Below, one piece after another: positions 9,033 through 17,918 of a stretch of 64,000 bases of DNA. The position numbers and the translations under genes were made by a program. The stretch comes from Candidatus Moraniibacteriota bacterium. GTDB taxonomy: Bacteria > Patescibacteriota > Minisyncoccia > Moranbacterales > UBA1568. The stretch spans positions 12,699 through 76,698 of the forward strand of contig JAAXXG010000003.1 in the NCBI GenBank assembly GCA_013334575.1. The letters run 5' to 3'. Numbering within the stretch: the stretch's first letter is position 1; each line of letters begins with the position of its first letter. Below the pieces are notes generated by a model. That model made no database searches, had not been told where the DNA came from, and was given only the letters and a program-made list of their open reading frames with translations.

Positions 9033-10123
9033 GTCCGTATATAGTTCATGCCGCCCAGGTTCCTGGCGAGTCCGCGGATCTCGAGCATCGTGAGCGCGGA
9101 TCCCGCCTCGGCTGTCACAAGATGCGACAACTTTATGATCCCGTCAACCTGGACGGGCTCGTGCGAGAGGAGCGAGAGGACCTTCCGTTCCGCTTCAGAA
9201 AGGTCGTCCGGAGCCGGGGTCGGCGCCGTTTCCGAGGCTCGCGAAACGTCACGGAGGGGGAGTTCCTCGAGGATGTCGGATACGCCGCGGACGAGCTTGG
9301 CGCCCTGTCGGATGAGGCCATTGGTGCCCGTCGAGGCGGGGGAGAAGATGGAGCCCGGAACCGCGAAGACGTCGCGACCGCATTCGAGTGCGTGGTCCGC
9401 GGTGATGAGCGAGCCGCTCTTCTCGGCGGCCTCGACGACGACTACGCCCTGCGAGAGCGCGGCAATGATCCGGTTCCGTGCCGGGAATGTTCCCCTGCCG
9501 GCCGGGGTGCCGGGCGGATATTCCGACAGAATCGCGCCCTGTTCCATGATGCGCCGGGCGAGCGGGAGATGTTCCTTCGGATGAATCGACGCGTCGTCAA
9601 GCCCGTTACCGAGGACCGCGACCGTCGTGCCGCCTTCGCGGAGCGTGGCGCCGTGCGCGACCGAATCGATGCCGTAGGCGAGGCCTGACACGACGACGAT
9701 ACCTGCGCGGGCGAGGTCTCCGGCGATACGTTCCGCGGCCTGGCGACCATAGGCGGTGTGTCGTCGCGAGCCGACGATCGCGACCATGGGCCGGTTCCAT
9801 CCGTCGAAATTGCCGCGCGCATAGAGGAGTGAGACGGGGAACGGCGCTTCACGTAAAAGAGAGGGGAATCCCGGGTCGGCCGGGATCAGGATGCGGATGT
9901 TTGATTTCTCGAGCTCCCGTTCCTCGTGCCGCGGGTCGATATCCCGGCGTCCCGAAACGATGGCCTCGAGCGTGTCGCGGCTCATGCCGGTTCCGGCAAG
10001 CGCCCGTTCGTCCGAATCCCACGCCTCCTTGCCGGACGGGAAGGCGGCCATGAGCGATCGGAGCCGGGTCTGTCCGATGCCGGGAATCTTCCGGAAACAG
10101 TGCCAGTAGATGGAGTCGTCCAT
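9029..10123 (-). CDS. dprA: DNA processing protein DprA (Smf)
   Basis: It has a Rossmann-like DprA core (VAIVGSR...GIDSVAH...GTTVAVLGNGLD) and an N-terminal SAM-like domain. dprA upstream of topA is classic synteny. Confidence 0.85.
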   Translation of the reverse strand: MDDSIYWHCFRKIPGIGQTRLRSLMAAFPSGKEAWDSDERALAGTGMSRDTLEAIVSGRRDIDPRHEERELEKSNIRILIPADPGFPSLLREAPFPVSLLYARGNFDGWNRPMVAIVGSRRHTAYGRQAAERIAGDLARAGIVVVSGLAYGIDSVAHGATLREGGTTVAVLGNGLDDASIHPKEHLPLARRIMEQGAILSEYPPGTPAGRGTFPARNRIIAALSQGVVVVEAAEKSGSLITADHALECGRDVFAVPGSIFSPASTGTNGLIRQGAKLVRGVSDILEELPLRDVSRASETAPTPAPDDLSEAERKVLSLLSHEPVQVDGIIKLSHLVTAEAGSALTMLEIRGLARNLGGMNYIRT

Positions 10124-10483
10124 AGTCAGTCAGCAGATAACAGTCAACGGGAAACGACGAACAAGAGCCGGGAAGCATGAGCCGGGAAGTACGGAATAGG
10201 GAACAGTGAATGCGATACGTAGGAGGATGATCCCTCCTGTTTATTGTTCATTGAGACCTGTTCACTGACATCATAGACAAATCCCTTCCGTTGGGCTAGG
10301 ATACGGGAGAAATATGGGGGTGTCATTCCGGGCTTGACCCGGAATCCATGGACGTTTCAGTGCTGAATCCCGGATCGATTGGCATGCGCCGGTCAAGAGC
10401 CCGGGACGACGGCGAAAGGGAATTTCGTCTTTTGGGAAAAGACTAGTTGCAAGTTGTCGGTTGTGAGTTGTCAGTTAATACTT

Positions 10484-10557
10484 GGGCCGTTAGCTCAGTT
10501 GGTTAGAGCGCCGCATTTGCAATGCGGAGGTCGCCGGTTCGAATCCGGCACGGTCCA
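10484..10557 (+). tRNA. tRNA-Ala (anticodon TGC)
   Basis: It folds as a cloverleaf with anticodon loop TTTGCAA, a G3:U70 acceptor pair and T-loop GGTTCGAATCC. Confidence 0.85.
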
Positions 10558-10582
10558 CTCTGATTTTCCGGGACGATGTCTT

Positions 10583-10618
10583 CCGGAGGTCACCGGTTCG
10601 AATCCGGTAGGGTCCACC
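10583..10618 (+). pseudogene. Orphan duplicate of the tRNA-Ala 3' half (T-arm plus acceptor), not a complete tRNA
   Basis: CCGGAGGTCACCGGTTCGAATCCGGTAGGGTCCA is nearly identical to the 3' 36 nt of the upstream tRNA-Ala. No matching 5' half is present. Confidence 0.5.
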
Positions 10619-10666
10619 ATGATTTTTCCAGACAACGTGGAACTTCTTCGTACCCCATCGCCGAAT

Positions 10667-11425
10667 ATGGGAAAGACAAAACGCATCTTCTTCGACTGCT
10701 ATCAGACTTTGCTCGATACGGATATTGATCCAACGCGTCGCGACGCGAATGCTCGAAACGGTTGGGAGGCGTTCGTTTCTTCGCTTTCGGAGCGGCATGA
10801 CGTTCGTATTTCGGCGGACCGTTTCGAGGAGTCGGTCGAACGAGGAAAGGAAGCATTCTATTCGGCGCACGACAAGATGACTCGCCATCACGACCTGGTC
10901 GGAATCGTAGCGGAAGCGCTTCGGAAGGAGTGCGGAGCCGAGATTCCCGAAGGGGAGATTCGGCGGTTTCTCTATGAATACCGGAAGGCGAGTCGGGGAT
11001 TCGTCCGTCCGTATCCGGGCGTTCTCGAAACTCTTGAGCGACTCTCGAAACGATACCTCCTATCGGTCGCGAGTTACACGCAATCCGCGTTCACGCTCCC
11101 GGAACTGAAGGAGGTAGGCCTCAGCGGGTTCTTCTCTGATCATATTTTTTCTTCGGATATCGGATTCCGGAAGACGTCGTCTGATTTCTATCGGGAATGC
11201 CTTCGTATCATCGGAGCCGAACCGGCGGAATGCGTCATGATCGGGGACAACTATCAGGAGGATGTCGCTGTTCCGGAGGGGATCGGCATGAAAACGATCT
11301 GGATACGGAATCCGGTCACTGCTCAGGAAGGGCTCGTACCCGACCGAGCGGATGCGGTCGTCGATCTCGCGGATATTAGGCGGTTGTCGGAGGTGCTCGA
11401 TAGGATGTTTCCGGCTGATTCGTGA
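10667..11425 (+). CDS. HAD-superfamily hydrolase, subfamily IA
   Basis: Motif I is FFDCYQTLLD (FDxYGTL type) and motif IV is IGDNYQEDV. An in-frame ATG at 10619 is an alternative start. Confidence 0.65.
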   Translation: MGKTKRIFFDCYQTLLDTDIDPTRRDANARNGWEAFVSSLSERHDVRISADRFEESVERGKEAFYSAHDKMTRHHDLVGIVAEALRKECGAEIPEGEIRRFLYEYRKASRGFVRPYPGVLETLERLSKRYLLSVASYTQSAFTLPELKEVGLSGFFSDHIFSSDIGFRKTSSDFYRECLRIIGAEPAECVMIGDNYQEDVAVPEGIGMKTIWIRNPVTAQEGLVPDRADAVVDLADIRRLSEVLDRMFPADS

Positions 11426-11773
11426 GAAGCTGAGATGCAGTGGTAGTTCCGATCCGTTTTCATGCCATTCAGTTGGTGCTTGTGGAAGAAGGTTGAGCCC
11501 GGAGTCGCTTATCTGTGGATTTTATTTCAAGTTTGGGATAATAGAGGAACGCAATTCTTTGGTCTTGGTCGCGATCATTGTAAAGCTTTGTTTATGCATG
11601 ATAAGGGTTCATTGGGCAAGCAAGATAATGAGGGTGTTTCATCGGAGCCCGTCTCTGATGGTATGGAGGACGTAGTCAATATATCCATTGACGATGGAAT
11701 GCGCGTAATCGAAGAACGTCCGGATTGGGGTGAGTTCCATGGAAGCGAGACGGATGAATTCGGGGGATATAGG

Positions 11774-12718
11774 ATGCCGACGCCAGAAGAGTCGGAGTCG
11801 TTCAAAAAAAGGATTGAGCGGATGGCGGAAATATTTGAAGGAGCCGATTTTCAGTGGTTTCTTGACGGAGCGATGAATATCTCTTTGTATAGGGGCGAGC
11901 AGATACGCGCACATAAGGACATAGATATGAGCGTGTTCGAGGAAGATTTGTCCCGATTGGATGAATTCTTGTCGAAACGAGGATTCGGGATATTCGCGAA
12001 CGCCGCCGATCGAAGGACGATGAGACGTCTGACGGGAACGGAGCTCGTCTCTTCTTGTGAGCCGGACCTGTCTATCTGCAAGATAGGTCAGGATGGCAGA
12101 ATCGAGAGTGACAGGACGGAGCCTTTCAACTTCGTCGATTTGCATGTGAATGAACGCGATTCCGAAGGGAACGTGTCTGTTCCGGGCGGTATCGGCATAT
12201 CTTTACCGAAAGAATATTTTATTCCCATTCGGAAACCGTTTGAGAACGGGAAGGAGATTTTCTTATCCCATCCAGCGGTTGTAGCATATCATAAGCTGTG
12301 TCAGGGGCGTCCACACGACTTCACTGATTTGAAAAGACTTCGGAAGTATTTAGACGAAAAGGACCTCGGGATGCTGCGCGAGATTTTCAAGAAAGAGGCC
12401 GAAGTGACGGACAAGGCTGTTGACATAATACTCGTTCGGATATGGGACTCCCTTTCGAAGTCAAAGGCGCTGTTCCTTTCTCGTGACCCGAAGGTTGTCA
12501 GTGAAATCCTTTGGGAAGATCCTGATATAAATGGCATGAGTCATGATGAGAGAGTCACTGGTTATGCCGATTCGATTTCCTCGTATGTTTCAGAGCATCC
12601 GAAAATCAGCTACGATGATTTTCGTCGACAGTCCGTCCTAATACTTGGAAATCATGATCGTTTTGATATGATTATGAGGCGGTTGAACGAGTTAGAGGGG
12701 GACGGAGTATCTGAATGA
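11774..12718 (+). CDS. Lnu(A)/LinA-like nucleotidyltransferase-domain protein with a ~200-aa C-terminal extension
   Basis: FQWFLDGAMNISLYRGEQIRAHKDIDM matches the WLDGGWGVD...Q.R.HRDIDI core of lincosamide nucleotidyltransferases. The gene has lower GC than its neighbours. In-frame upstream ATGs at 11594 and 11663 are alternative starts. Confidence 0.45.
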   Translation: MPTPEESESFKKRIERMAEIFEGADFQWFLDGAMNISLYRGEQIRAHKDIDMSVFEEDLSRLDEFLSKRGFGIFANAADRRTMRRLTGTELVSSCEPDLSICKIGQDGRIESDRTEPFNFVDLHVNERDSEGNVSVPGGIGISLPKEYFIPIRKPFENGKEIFLSHPAVVAYHKLCQGRPHDFTDLKRLRKYLDEKDLGMLREIFKKEAEVTDKAVDIILVRIWDSLSKSKALFLSRDPKVVSEILWEDPDINGMSHDERVTGYADSISSYVSEHPKISYDDFRRQSVLILGNHDRFDMIMRRLNELEGDGVSE

Positions 12719-12740
12719 TAGTCAGTGTCCTGATTTTCAT

Positions 12741-13388
12741 ATGACTCTCGAAGAGAAAAAGAAACGTGTGCGAGAGGCCTTGAAGAGACTTCGGAAGGCG
12801 TATCCGGTGACGGGGCCGTTCGTGGAGTGGTCGAACCCGCTCGAATTGGTCGTGGGGACGGCGCTCTCCGCGCAGTGCACCGACGAGCGGGTGAACATAG
12901 TCACGCGGGAGCTGTTCAAGAAGTACCGGTCGGCGAAGGATTACGCGGATGCCGATCAGGGCGTGCTCGAGAAGGAAATCTACTCGACCGGGTTCTATCG
13001 GAACAAGGCGAAGAATCTCCGCGGAATGGGCAGGGTCCTCGTGGAGGAGTTCGGAGGAAAGGTACCGGAGACGCTTGATGGACTTCTGAAGCTTCCTGGT
13101 ATCTCGAATAAGACGGCGTACATCGTGCTTGCCAAGGCGTTCGGAAAGATGGAAGGACTTGCCGTGGATACGCATGTGTTCCGCCTGGCGCCGCGCCTTG
13201 GCTGGTCGACGGCGAAGACGCCGGAGAGAATGTCTCGTGAGTTGGGTGAACTTTTTCCGAAGGGGGACTATCTCGACGTGAACGAATATCTCATCACGCA
13301 CGGTCGGGCGGTCTGCAGCCCGCGGAGCCCCAAGTGTGGCGAGTGTGTGCTTGCGGATATCTGCCCGAGTGCGGGGAAGATTCTCTGA
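12741..13388 (+). CDS. nth: Endonuclease III (HhH-GPD DNA glycosylase with 4Fe-4S cluster)
   Basis: It has the HhH motif LPGISNKTA, a catalytic-Lys/Asp region and a C-x6-C-x2-C-x5-C cluster (CSPRSPKCGECVLADIC). Confidence 0.9.
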   Translation: MTLEEKKKRVREALKRLRKAYPVTGPFVEWSNPLELVVGTALSAQCTDERVNIVTRELFKKYRSAKDYADADQGVLEKEIYSTGFYRNKAKNLRGMGRVLVEEFGGKVPETLDGLLKLPGISNKTAYIVLAKAFGKMEGLAVDTHVFRLAPRLGWSTAKTPERMSRELGELFPKGDYLDVNEYLITHGRAVCSPRSPKCGECVLADICPSAGKIL

Positions 13389-13547
13389 TTTCTCCGTTAA
13401 CGGGTTATGATGTTCCCGTTTTGGTGCTTGACTCATTATTCCTTATCCCTGACCCGTCATAGACACTTGCTTCTTTTCGCAAGGCATGGTATCCTCCGAA
13501 TGACCTCGTTTTCGGGGTGTGCTCTTCGTAGTTCGAGCCGATTCATC

Positions 13548-13621
13548 GGGCGATTAGCTCAGTTGGTTAGAGCGCGTCACTGATAATGACGAGGTCCCAA
13601 GTTCGAATCTTGGATCGCCCA
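13548..13621 (+). tRNA. tRNA-Ile (anticodon GAT)
   Basis: It folds as a cloverleaf with anticodon loop CTGATAA. Confidence 0.85.
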
Positions 13622-13651
13622 CATTCCGTCTTCGAGAGGCGGGAAACATAT

Positions 13652-13724
13652 AGCGGGGTAGAGCAGCTGGCAGCTCGTCTGGCTCATAACCAGGAGGTCG
13701 TGGGTTCGAATCCCACCCCCGCAA
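13652..13724 (+). tRNA. tRNA-Met (anticodon CAT; could be elongator Met or Ile2)
   Basis: It folds as a cloverleaf with anticodon loop CTCATAA. There is an A1/A72 mismatch at the acceptor end. It lacks the three consecutive G:C pairs of an initiator anticodon stem. Confidence 0.7.
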
Positions 13725-13912
13725 CAAGGAACGAAGTGACGCAGTGGAGGGGAGAACGCCGACGATTCGGCGTTCGGTGGGATGAGAAGGGATTTCGAAA
13801 GAAATCCCCGGCTCGAAGAGGAAGAAATTCCCTGGGAGGGAATTTTTTCTACTCGCAACAAGCGACAGAAGGAGCCGCGCGAGCGGCTTTCTTCGTCGGA
13901 ACATGAGGATTT

Positions 13913-15769
13913 ATGATCGATGCATCAAAAAAGAATACCGAACCGAAACGTCTCCCGGCAAGGCGGATTTTCGCTTGGTATTGGAAGGTGCTGCGTAAAT
14001 ATCGTCGCCCCTTCCTTTTCGCGGTCGTGAGTTACGGGTTGGCGGCCGTTTCTGGGAGCGTCATCCCGCCGATCATCTACAAGGGGTTGACGGATACGTT
14101 GTCCGGCGCCGGCTCGCCGGAAATTTTCGGGCGCACCGGCGCGTGGGTCTGGGTTTCGGCGCTCGGCTTCAACTATCTCTCGACATACGTCTTTTTCCGG
14201 CTCGGCGATATCTCCTACTTCCGCCCGTACAGCAGGGCCGCAAAGGACCTGGTCGACTCCACCTTCGATCGGATCGAGTCGCGGTCGCACGGATTCTTCG
14301 CCGACCATTTCTCGGGGAGTCTCGTGTCGCAGGCAAGGCGGTATGTCGATTCGTTCGGTTCCCTGTCGGACACGATCATCTACAATATCTGGATGCCGAC
14401 CGTCAACCTGATCGGAAGCCTGATCGGGCTCTTCGTCTTCTCTCCGCCTTTGGCGGCGCTCTTCCTGACCGGTATGGCGATCATGTTGCTTCTTCCACTG
14501 CCGCTCCTCCGCAAGAGGATGTCGTTCGACGCGCTTGAGAGCGAGGAGGATTCCAGGGTGACCGGTCGTCTCGCGGACGTGATCACGAATATCCTGACGG
14601 TGAAGATGTTCGCTTCCGGTTCCGCTGAGCGGAAGTCGTTCCGGGAATTCACCGACCGGCAGGAGCGTGCCCGGGGCATGGCCTATCGGGCGCTCCTGCA
14701 TATGATCATGCTGCAGAACGGACTCGTGCTCGTCTTCCAGTTCGTCGGCATGGCCGCGTCGGTCTGGCTCTGGTCGCGCGGGACGATCACGGTCGGTACG
14801 GTCATCCTCATGCAGGCGTACCTGATGGGTGTCTTCAGTATCGCGAACCAGTTCAACCGTTCCGTTTCCGAGATCCTCCGCTCGCTTGCCCGCGCGTCCG
14901 AGATGGTTGAAATCTTCGAACTGCCACAGGACCTGACCGATCCGGAGCGGCCGGAGGAATGTCGGATCTCGAAGGGACGGATCGCGTTCCGGGACGTCTC
15001 GTTCCGATATCCAGGCGGTGATACCGTCTTCGAGAAGTTTTCCTTCTCCGTCCGTGCCGGGGAGAAGGTCGGACTCGTCGGTCCATCAGGCGGCGGGAAG
15101 TCGACCGTGACCAAACTGCTGCTTCGGTTCGTCGATCCGCAGGAGGGGGCGATCGAGATCGACGGACAGGATATCCGTCGCATCCGGCAGGACGATTTGC
15201 GGGCGCGTATCGCCTACGTGCCGCAGGACCCGCTGCTGTTCCATCGGTCGCTGCGCGAGAACATCGGATACGGCCGAGCGGGCGCTTCCGAAGAGGAGAT
15301 GCTTTCGGCATCGCGACGCGCACATGCGGATGAGTTCGTCGCGCGCCTGCCGGAGGGGTATGACACGCTCGTCGGCGAGCGCGGCGTGAAACTTTCGGGC
15401 GGTCAGCGGCAGCGCGTCGCGATCGCACGGGCGATCCTCAAGAATGCGCCGATTCTCGTACTCGACGAGGCGACGAGCGCGCTTGATTCGGAAAGCGAAC
15501 ATGCGATCCAGGAGGCGCTTGCCGAACTTATGACGGGGAAGACCGCGATCGTCATCGCTCACCGGCTCTCGACCATACGGCGGATGGATAGGATCGTCGT
15601 CCTCGGGAAAGACGGTCGCGTAGAGGAAGAGGGGACGCACGATGAACTTCTGTCCCGGAACGGACACTATGCCTCGTTGTGGGAGCGTCAGACCGGCGGG
15701 TTCATCGATAGCGACGATGTCGAAAACGCAGCCGATTCCGAGTCGGAAGCGTACCCATTGGAAGCCTGA
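13913..15769 (+). CDS. ABC exporter, fused permease/ATPase (MsbA/lipid A exporter-like)
   Basis: It has six N-terminal TM helices, a Walker A (GPSGGGKST), the signature LSGGQRQRVAIARA and a Walker B (ILVLDEATSALD). Confidence 0.9.
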   Translation: MIDASKKNTEPKRLPARRIFAWYWKVLRKYRRPFLFAVVSYGLAAVSGSVIPPIIYKGLTDTLSGAGSPEIFGRTGAWVWVSALGFNYLSTYVFFRLGDISYFRPYSRAAKDLVDSTFDRIESRSHGFFADHFSGSLVSQARRYVDSFGSLSDTIIYNIWMPTVNLIGSLIGLFVFSPPLAALFLTGMAIMLLLPLPLLRKRMSFDALESEEDSRVTGRLADVITNILTVKMFASGSAERKSFREFTDRQERARGMAYRALLHMIMLQNGLVLVFQFVGMAASVWLWSRGTITVGTVILMQAYLMGVFSIANQFNRSVSEILRSLARASEMVEIFELPQDLTDPERPEECRISKGRIAFRDVSFRYPGGDTVFEKFSFSVRAGEKVGLVGPSGGGKSTVTKLLLRFVDPQEGAIEIDGQDIRRIRQDDLRARIAYVPQDPLLFHRSLRENIGYGRAGASEEEMLSASRRAHADEFVARLPEGYDTLVGERGVKLSGGQRQRVAIARAILKNAPILVLDEATSALDSESEHAIQEALAELMTGKTAIVIAHRLSTIRRMDRIVVLGKDGRVEEEGTHDELLSRNGHYASLWERQTGGFIDSDDVENAADSESEAYPLEA

Positions 15770-15786
15770 CGAAGAACAATCTGTAA

Positions 15787-15811
15787 GGCCGCCCGCTTCT
15801 CGGGCGGTTTT
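15787..15811 (+). terminator. Rho-independent terminator (GGCCGCCCG-cttct-CGGGCGG followed by TTTT)
   Basis: A GC stem with a T-run lies 18 nt after the ABC exporter stop. Confidence 0.6.
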
Positions 15812-15837
15812 GCTTTTCTTAAGCCATTATAATACTA

Positions 15838-15866
15838 TTGACATTTTATTAAAAAAAGAGTATAAT
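15838..15866 (+). promoter_or_regulatory. Near-consensus sigma70-type promoter TTGACA-N17-TATAAT
   Basis: A perfect -35 and -10 pair with a 17-nt spacer lies about 75 nt upstream of the LPXTG gene. A GAGAGGAAG ribosome-binding site follows. Confidence 0.6.
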
Positions 15867-15942
15867 GGATAGTTTTATCGGGTGAACGGCCGTCAGGTCG
15901 TGTCTTCCGGAAAACGGATAACCAGTGAGAGGAAGAAGACGT

Positions 15943-16434
15943 ATGAAACGGGTGAATTCGGTGATGGCCGCCTTGGTCGCCATCGGGATGCTTGCGAATC
16001 CGGCCGTTTCCGCATTCGCGTGCGGGACGTGTCAGGATACGCCGACCCCTCCGTGTCAGGAGAATCCGGTCTGTGGTAATGGCGAGGTCGAAGCAGGCGA
16101 AGCCTGCGACGACGGGAACCGCGACGACAACGATACCTGCTCGAACGACTGCGTGAAGCAGATCGTGAAGGAGGTGCCATTCGAGGTCGTGAAGGAAGTC
16201 CCGGTCGAGGTGGAAAAGGTCGTGACCAAGGAGGTTCCGGTCATCCAGACGGTGACGAACACCGTGGAGAAGGTCGTATACAAGTACAAGCATCATCACG
16301 ACAAGCACAAGAAGAAGTCGTCCAAGAAGCAGGAAGTGCTTCCGGCGACCGGACTTCCGCTTGCCGGTTTCGCGGGAATCGGTCTTGCGGCCGCGGGCGT
16401 GACGGCGGCGGTACGGAAATCGCGGAAGCGGTAA
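15943..16434 (+). CDS. Secreted cysteine-rich surface protein with C-terminal LPXTG sortase anchor
   Basis: It has a signal peptide and a Cys-rich CGNGEVEAGEACDDGN...C..DC domain like the Myxococcus Cys-rich repeat. VKEVP repeats follow. It ends LPATG, then a hydrophobic stretch, then RKSRKR. Confidence 0.75.
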   Translation: MKRVNSVMAALVAIGMLANPAVSAFACGTCQDTPTPPCQENPVCGNGEVEAGEACDDGNRDDNDTCSNDCVKQIVKEVPFEVVKEVPVEVEKVVTKEVPVIQTVTNTVEKVVYKYKHHHDKHKKKSSKKQEVLPATGLPLAGFAGIGLAAAGVTAAVRKSRKR

Positions 16435-16525
16435 TCCGTGCGGAGAGTTCGAGGGACATGCGATGAGCATGTCCTTCCTCCTTCGATCCGTTGCTTCGGC
16501 AAGGGGACGGAGGAGGAAAAAACGT

Positions 16526-17626
16526 ATGAGGGGACGTATCGTATTCATGGAGAGACATTTCGGCAAGTCGGAGCGCGCCCGCGCGGCCGCTTCCGGGCTC
16601 TGGTATCGGATGAAACCGTTTCTCGGTCCGCTGGCCGGGTTTCTTGTCGTCGCTGCCGGCTTCTTTCTCGCGGCGAGCGTCGATTTTTCCGTGATCCGTG
16701 ATGCCGTCGACGGCCTTGCCGGAAAGACGGTCCGGGCGGAATCGTTGTCGCCGGAATGGATCACCAGATATTCGATCGTGATGAACGGGCGTATCCGGCC
16801 GGACGACGATGCCGACCACGACGGACTCGGATTCGTCGCGGAACAGTCGGCCGGGACGAATCCGTACGACGCCGATACCGACGACGACGGTGCGGGTGAT
16901 GCCGAGGAACTTTCCCGCGGTACCGACCCGCTCGGCTCCGGCGAACTCGATACGGACGCGGACGGAATGCCTGATCCGTGGGAGATGGCCAGGGAGCTCG
17001 ACCCGAAGGCGGCCGACGCCGACGTCGATCCGGACGGTGACGGATTGCCGAATATCGGCGAGTACGCGTACGGCACCGATCCGCATCTCTCCGATACCGA
17101 CGGCGACGGGTTCGGCGACGCCGCGGAGATCGGGAACGGGTACGATCCCGACGCTCCCGGCGACACCAAGCCGTCGGTGACCGTCCTTATCGAGAAGGTC
17201 GGCGTCGCGGCACCGATGATCTGGTCCTCGTCCGACGACGACACGAAGATGCTTTCCGATCTCAAGAACGGCGTCATCCGGTATCCGGATTCCGGCGTGC
17301 CGGGTCAGCCGGGAAACGTGATCATCGCCGGTCACAGCAGCAACTACGCGTGGGCGCAGGGGGACTACAATTCCGTTTTCCGCCGGCTTGGCGAACTTGC
17401 GGCCGGAGACATCGTGATCCTGCGTGCCAAGCAGGCCAACGGTCGGACCTTCGATTACCGGTACCGCCTGACCGAGAAGCGCGTTACGACTCCGGACGAT
17501 CCTTGGATCTTCGAGGATGACGGTGCCGACGAGGTGACCCTGAGTACCTGTTGGCCGCTCGGAACCGCCTTCCGCAGGCTTGTCCTGCGCGGCGAGATGG
17601 AGGAGGGCGAGGATTCCGCATCCTGA
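16526..17626 (+). CDS. Sortase (transpeptidase) with N-terminal TM anchor and thrombospondin-type-3-like Asp-rich Ca-binding repeats
   Basis: The catalytic triad context is IAGHSS (His), TLSTC (Cys) and RRLVLRG (Arg). The middle region carries DTDGDG and DxDxDG repeats. GGAGG lies 8 nt upstream of the ATG at 16526. Confidence 0.75.
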   Translation: MRGRIVFMERHFGKSERARAAASGLWYRMKPFLGPLAGFLVVAAGFFLAASVDFSVIRDAVDGLAGKTVRAESLSPEWITRYSIVMNGRIRPDDDADHDGLGFVAEQSAGTNPYDADTDDDGAGDAEELSRGTDPLGSGELDTDADGMPDPWEMARELDPKAADADVDPDGDGLPNIGEYAYGTDPHLSDTDGDGFGDAAEIGNGYDPDAPGDTKPSVTVLIEKVGVAAPMIWSSSDDDTKMLSDLKNGVIRYPDSGVPGQPGNVIIAGHSSNYAWAQGDYNSVFRRLGELAAGDIVILRAKQANGRTFDYRYRLTEKRVTTPDDPWIFEDDGADEVTLSTCWPLGTAFRRLVLRGEMEEGEDSAS

Positions 17627-17740
17627 AAATATTCCGGTCCTCCGTGTGTGTTGACTCGTCTCGGAATATCGGGTATCGTTCTAAGGAATCCGGTTCCGAG
17701 AGGATCGGCGGGTTCGTGTTCCGCCCCGCACCGCCTGTCT

Positions 17741-17814
17741 GCCAGGGTAGCTCAGTTGGTTAGAGCACGGGACTCATAAGCCCGGGGTCGAGAGTTCGAA
17801 TCTCTCCCCTGGTA
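17741..17814 (+). tRNA. tRNA-Met (anticodon CAT)
   Basis: It folds as a cloverleaf with anticodon loop CTCATAA and a G1-U72 pair. Confidence 0.75.
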
Positions 17815-17844
17815 CATGGTCGGAGCGGGACGGAAAAGCATGTT

Positions 17845-17918
17845 GGACCGGTAGCTCAGTTGGTTAGAGCGCCGCCCTGTCACGGCGGAGGTCGCGAGTT
17901 CGAGTCTCGTCCGGTCCG
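17845..17918 (+). tRNA. tRNA-Asp (anticodon GTC)
   Basis: It folds as a cloverleaf with anticodon loop CTGTCAC. Confidence 0.85.

Noticed and set aside
10379-10666. N-terminal extension of ORF 10379..11425 and minus ORFs over 10490-10891
   Set aside because: They overlap tRNA-Ala and its 3' duplicate. The HAD protein begins at the HAD motif-I region (ATG at 10667, or 10619).
12672-13436. 254-aa minus-strand ORF antisense to nth
   Set aside because: Nth has complete HhH and Fe-S motifs on the + strand. The antisense ORF is Arg-rich with no motifs.
13554-13906. ORFs on both strands over the tRNA-Ile/tRNA-Met pair
   Set aside because: They coincide with two clean tRNA cloverleaves.
15835-17335. 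Long minus-strand ORFs (480 aa and 364 aa) across the LPXTG and sortase genes
   Set aside because: They are antisense to the strongly supported LPXTG and sortase genes, which have a consensus promoter, ribosome-binding sites and catalytic motifs. Their composition is Ser/Pro/Arg-rich.
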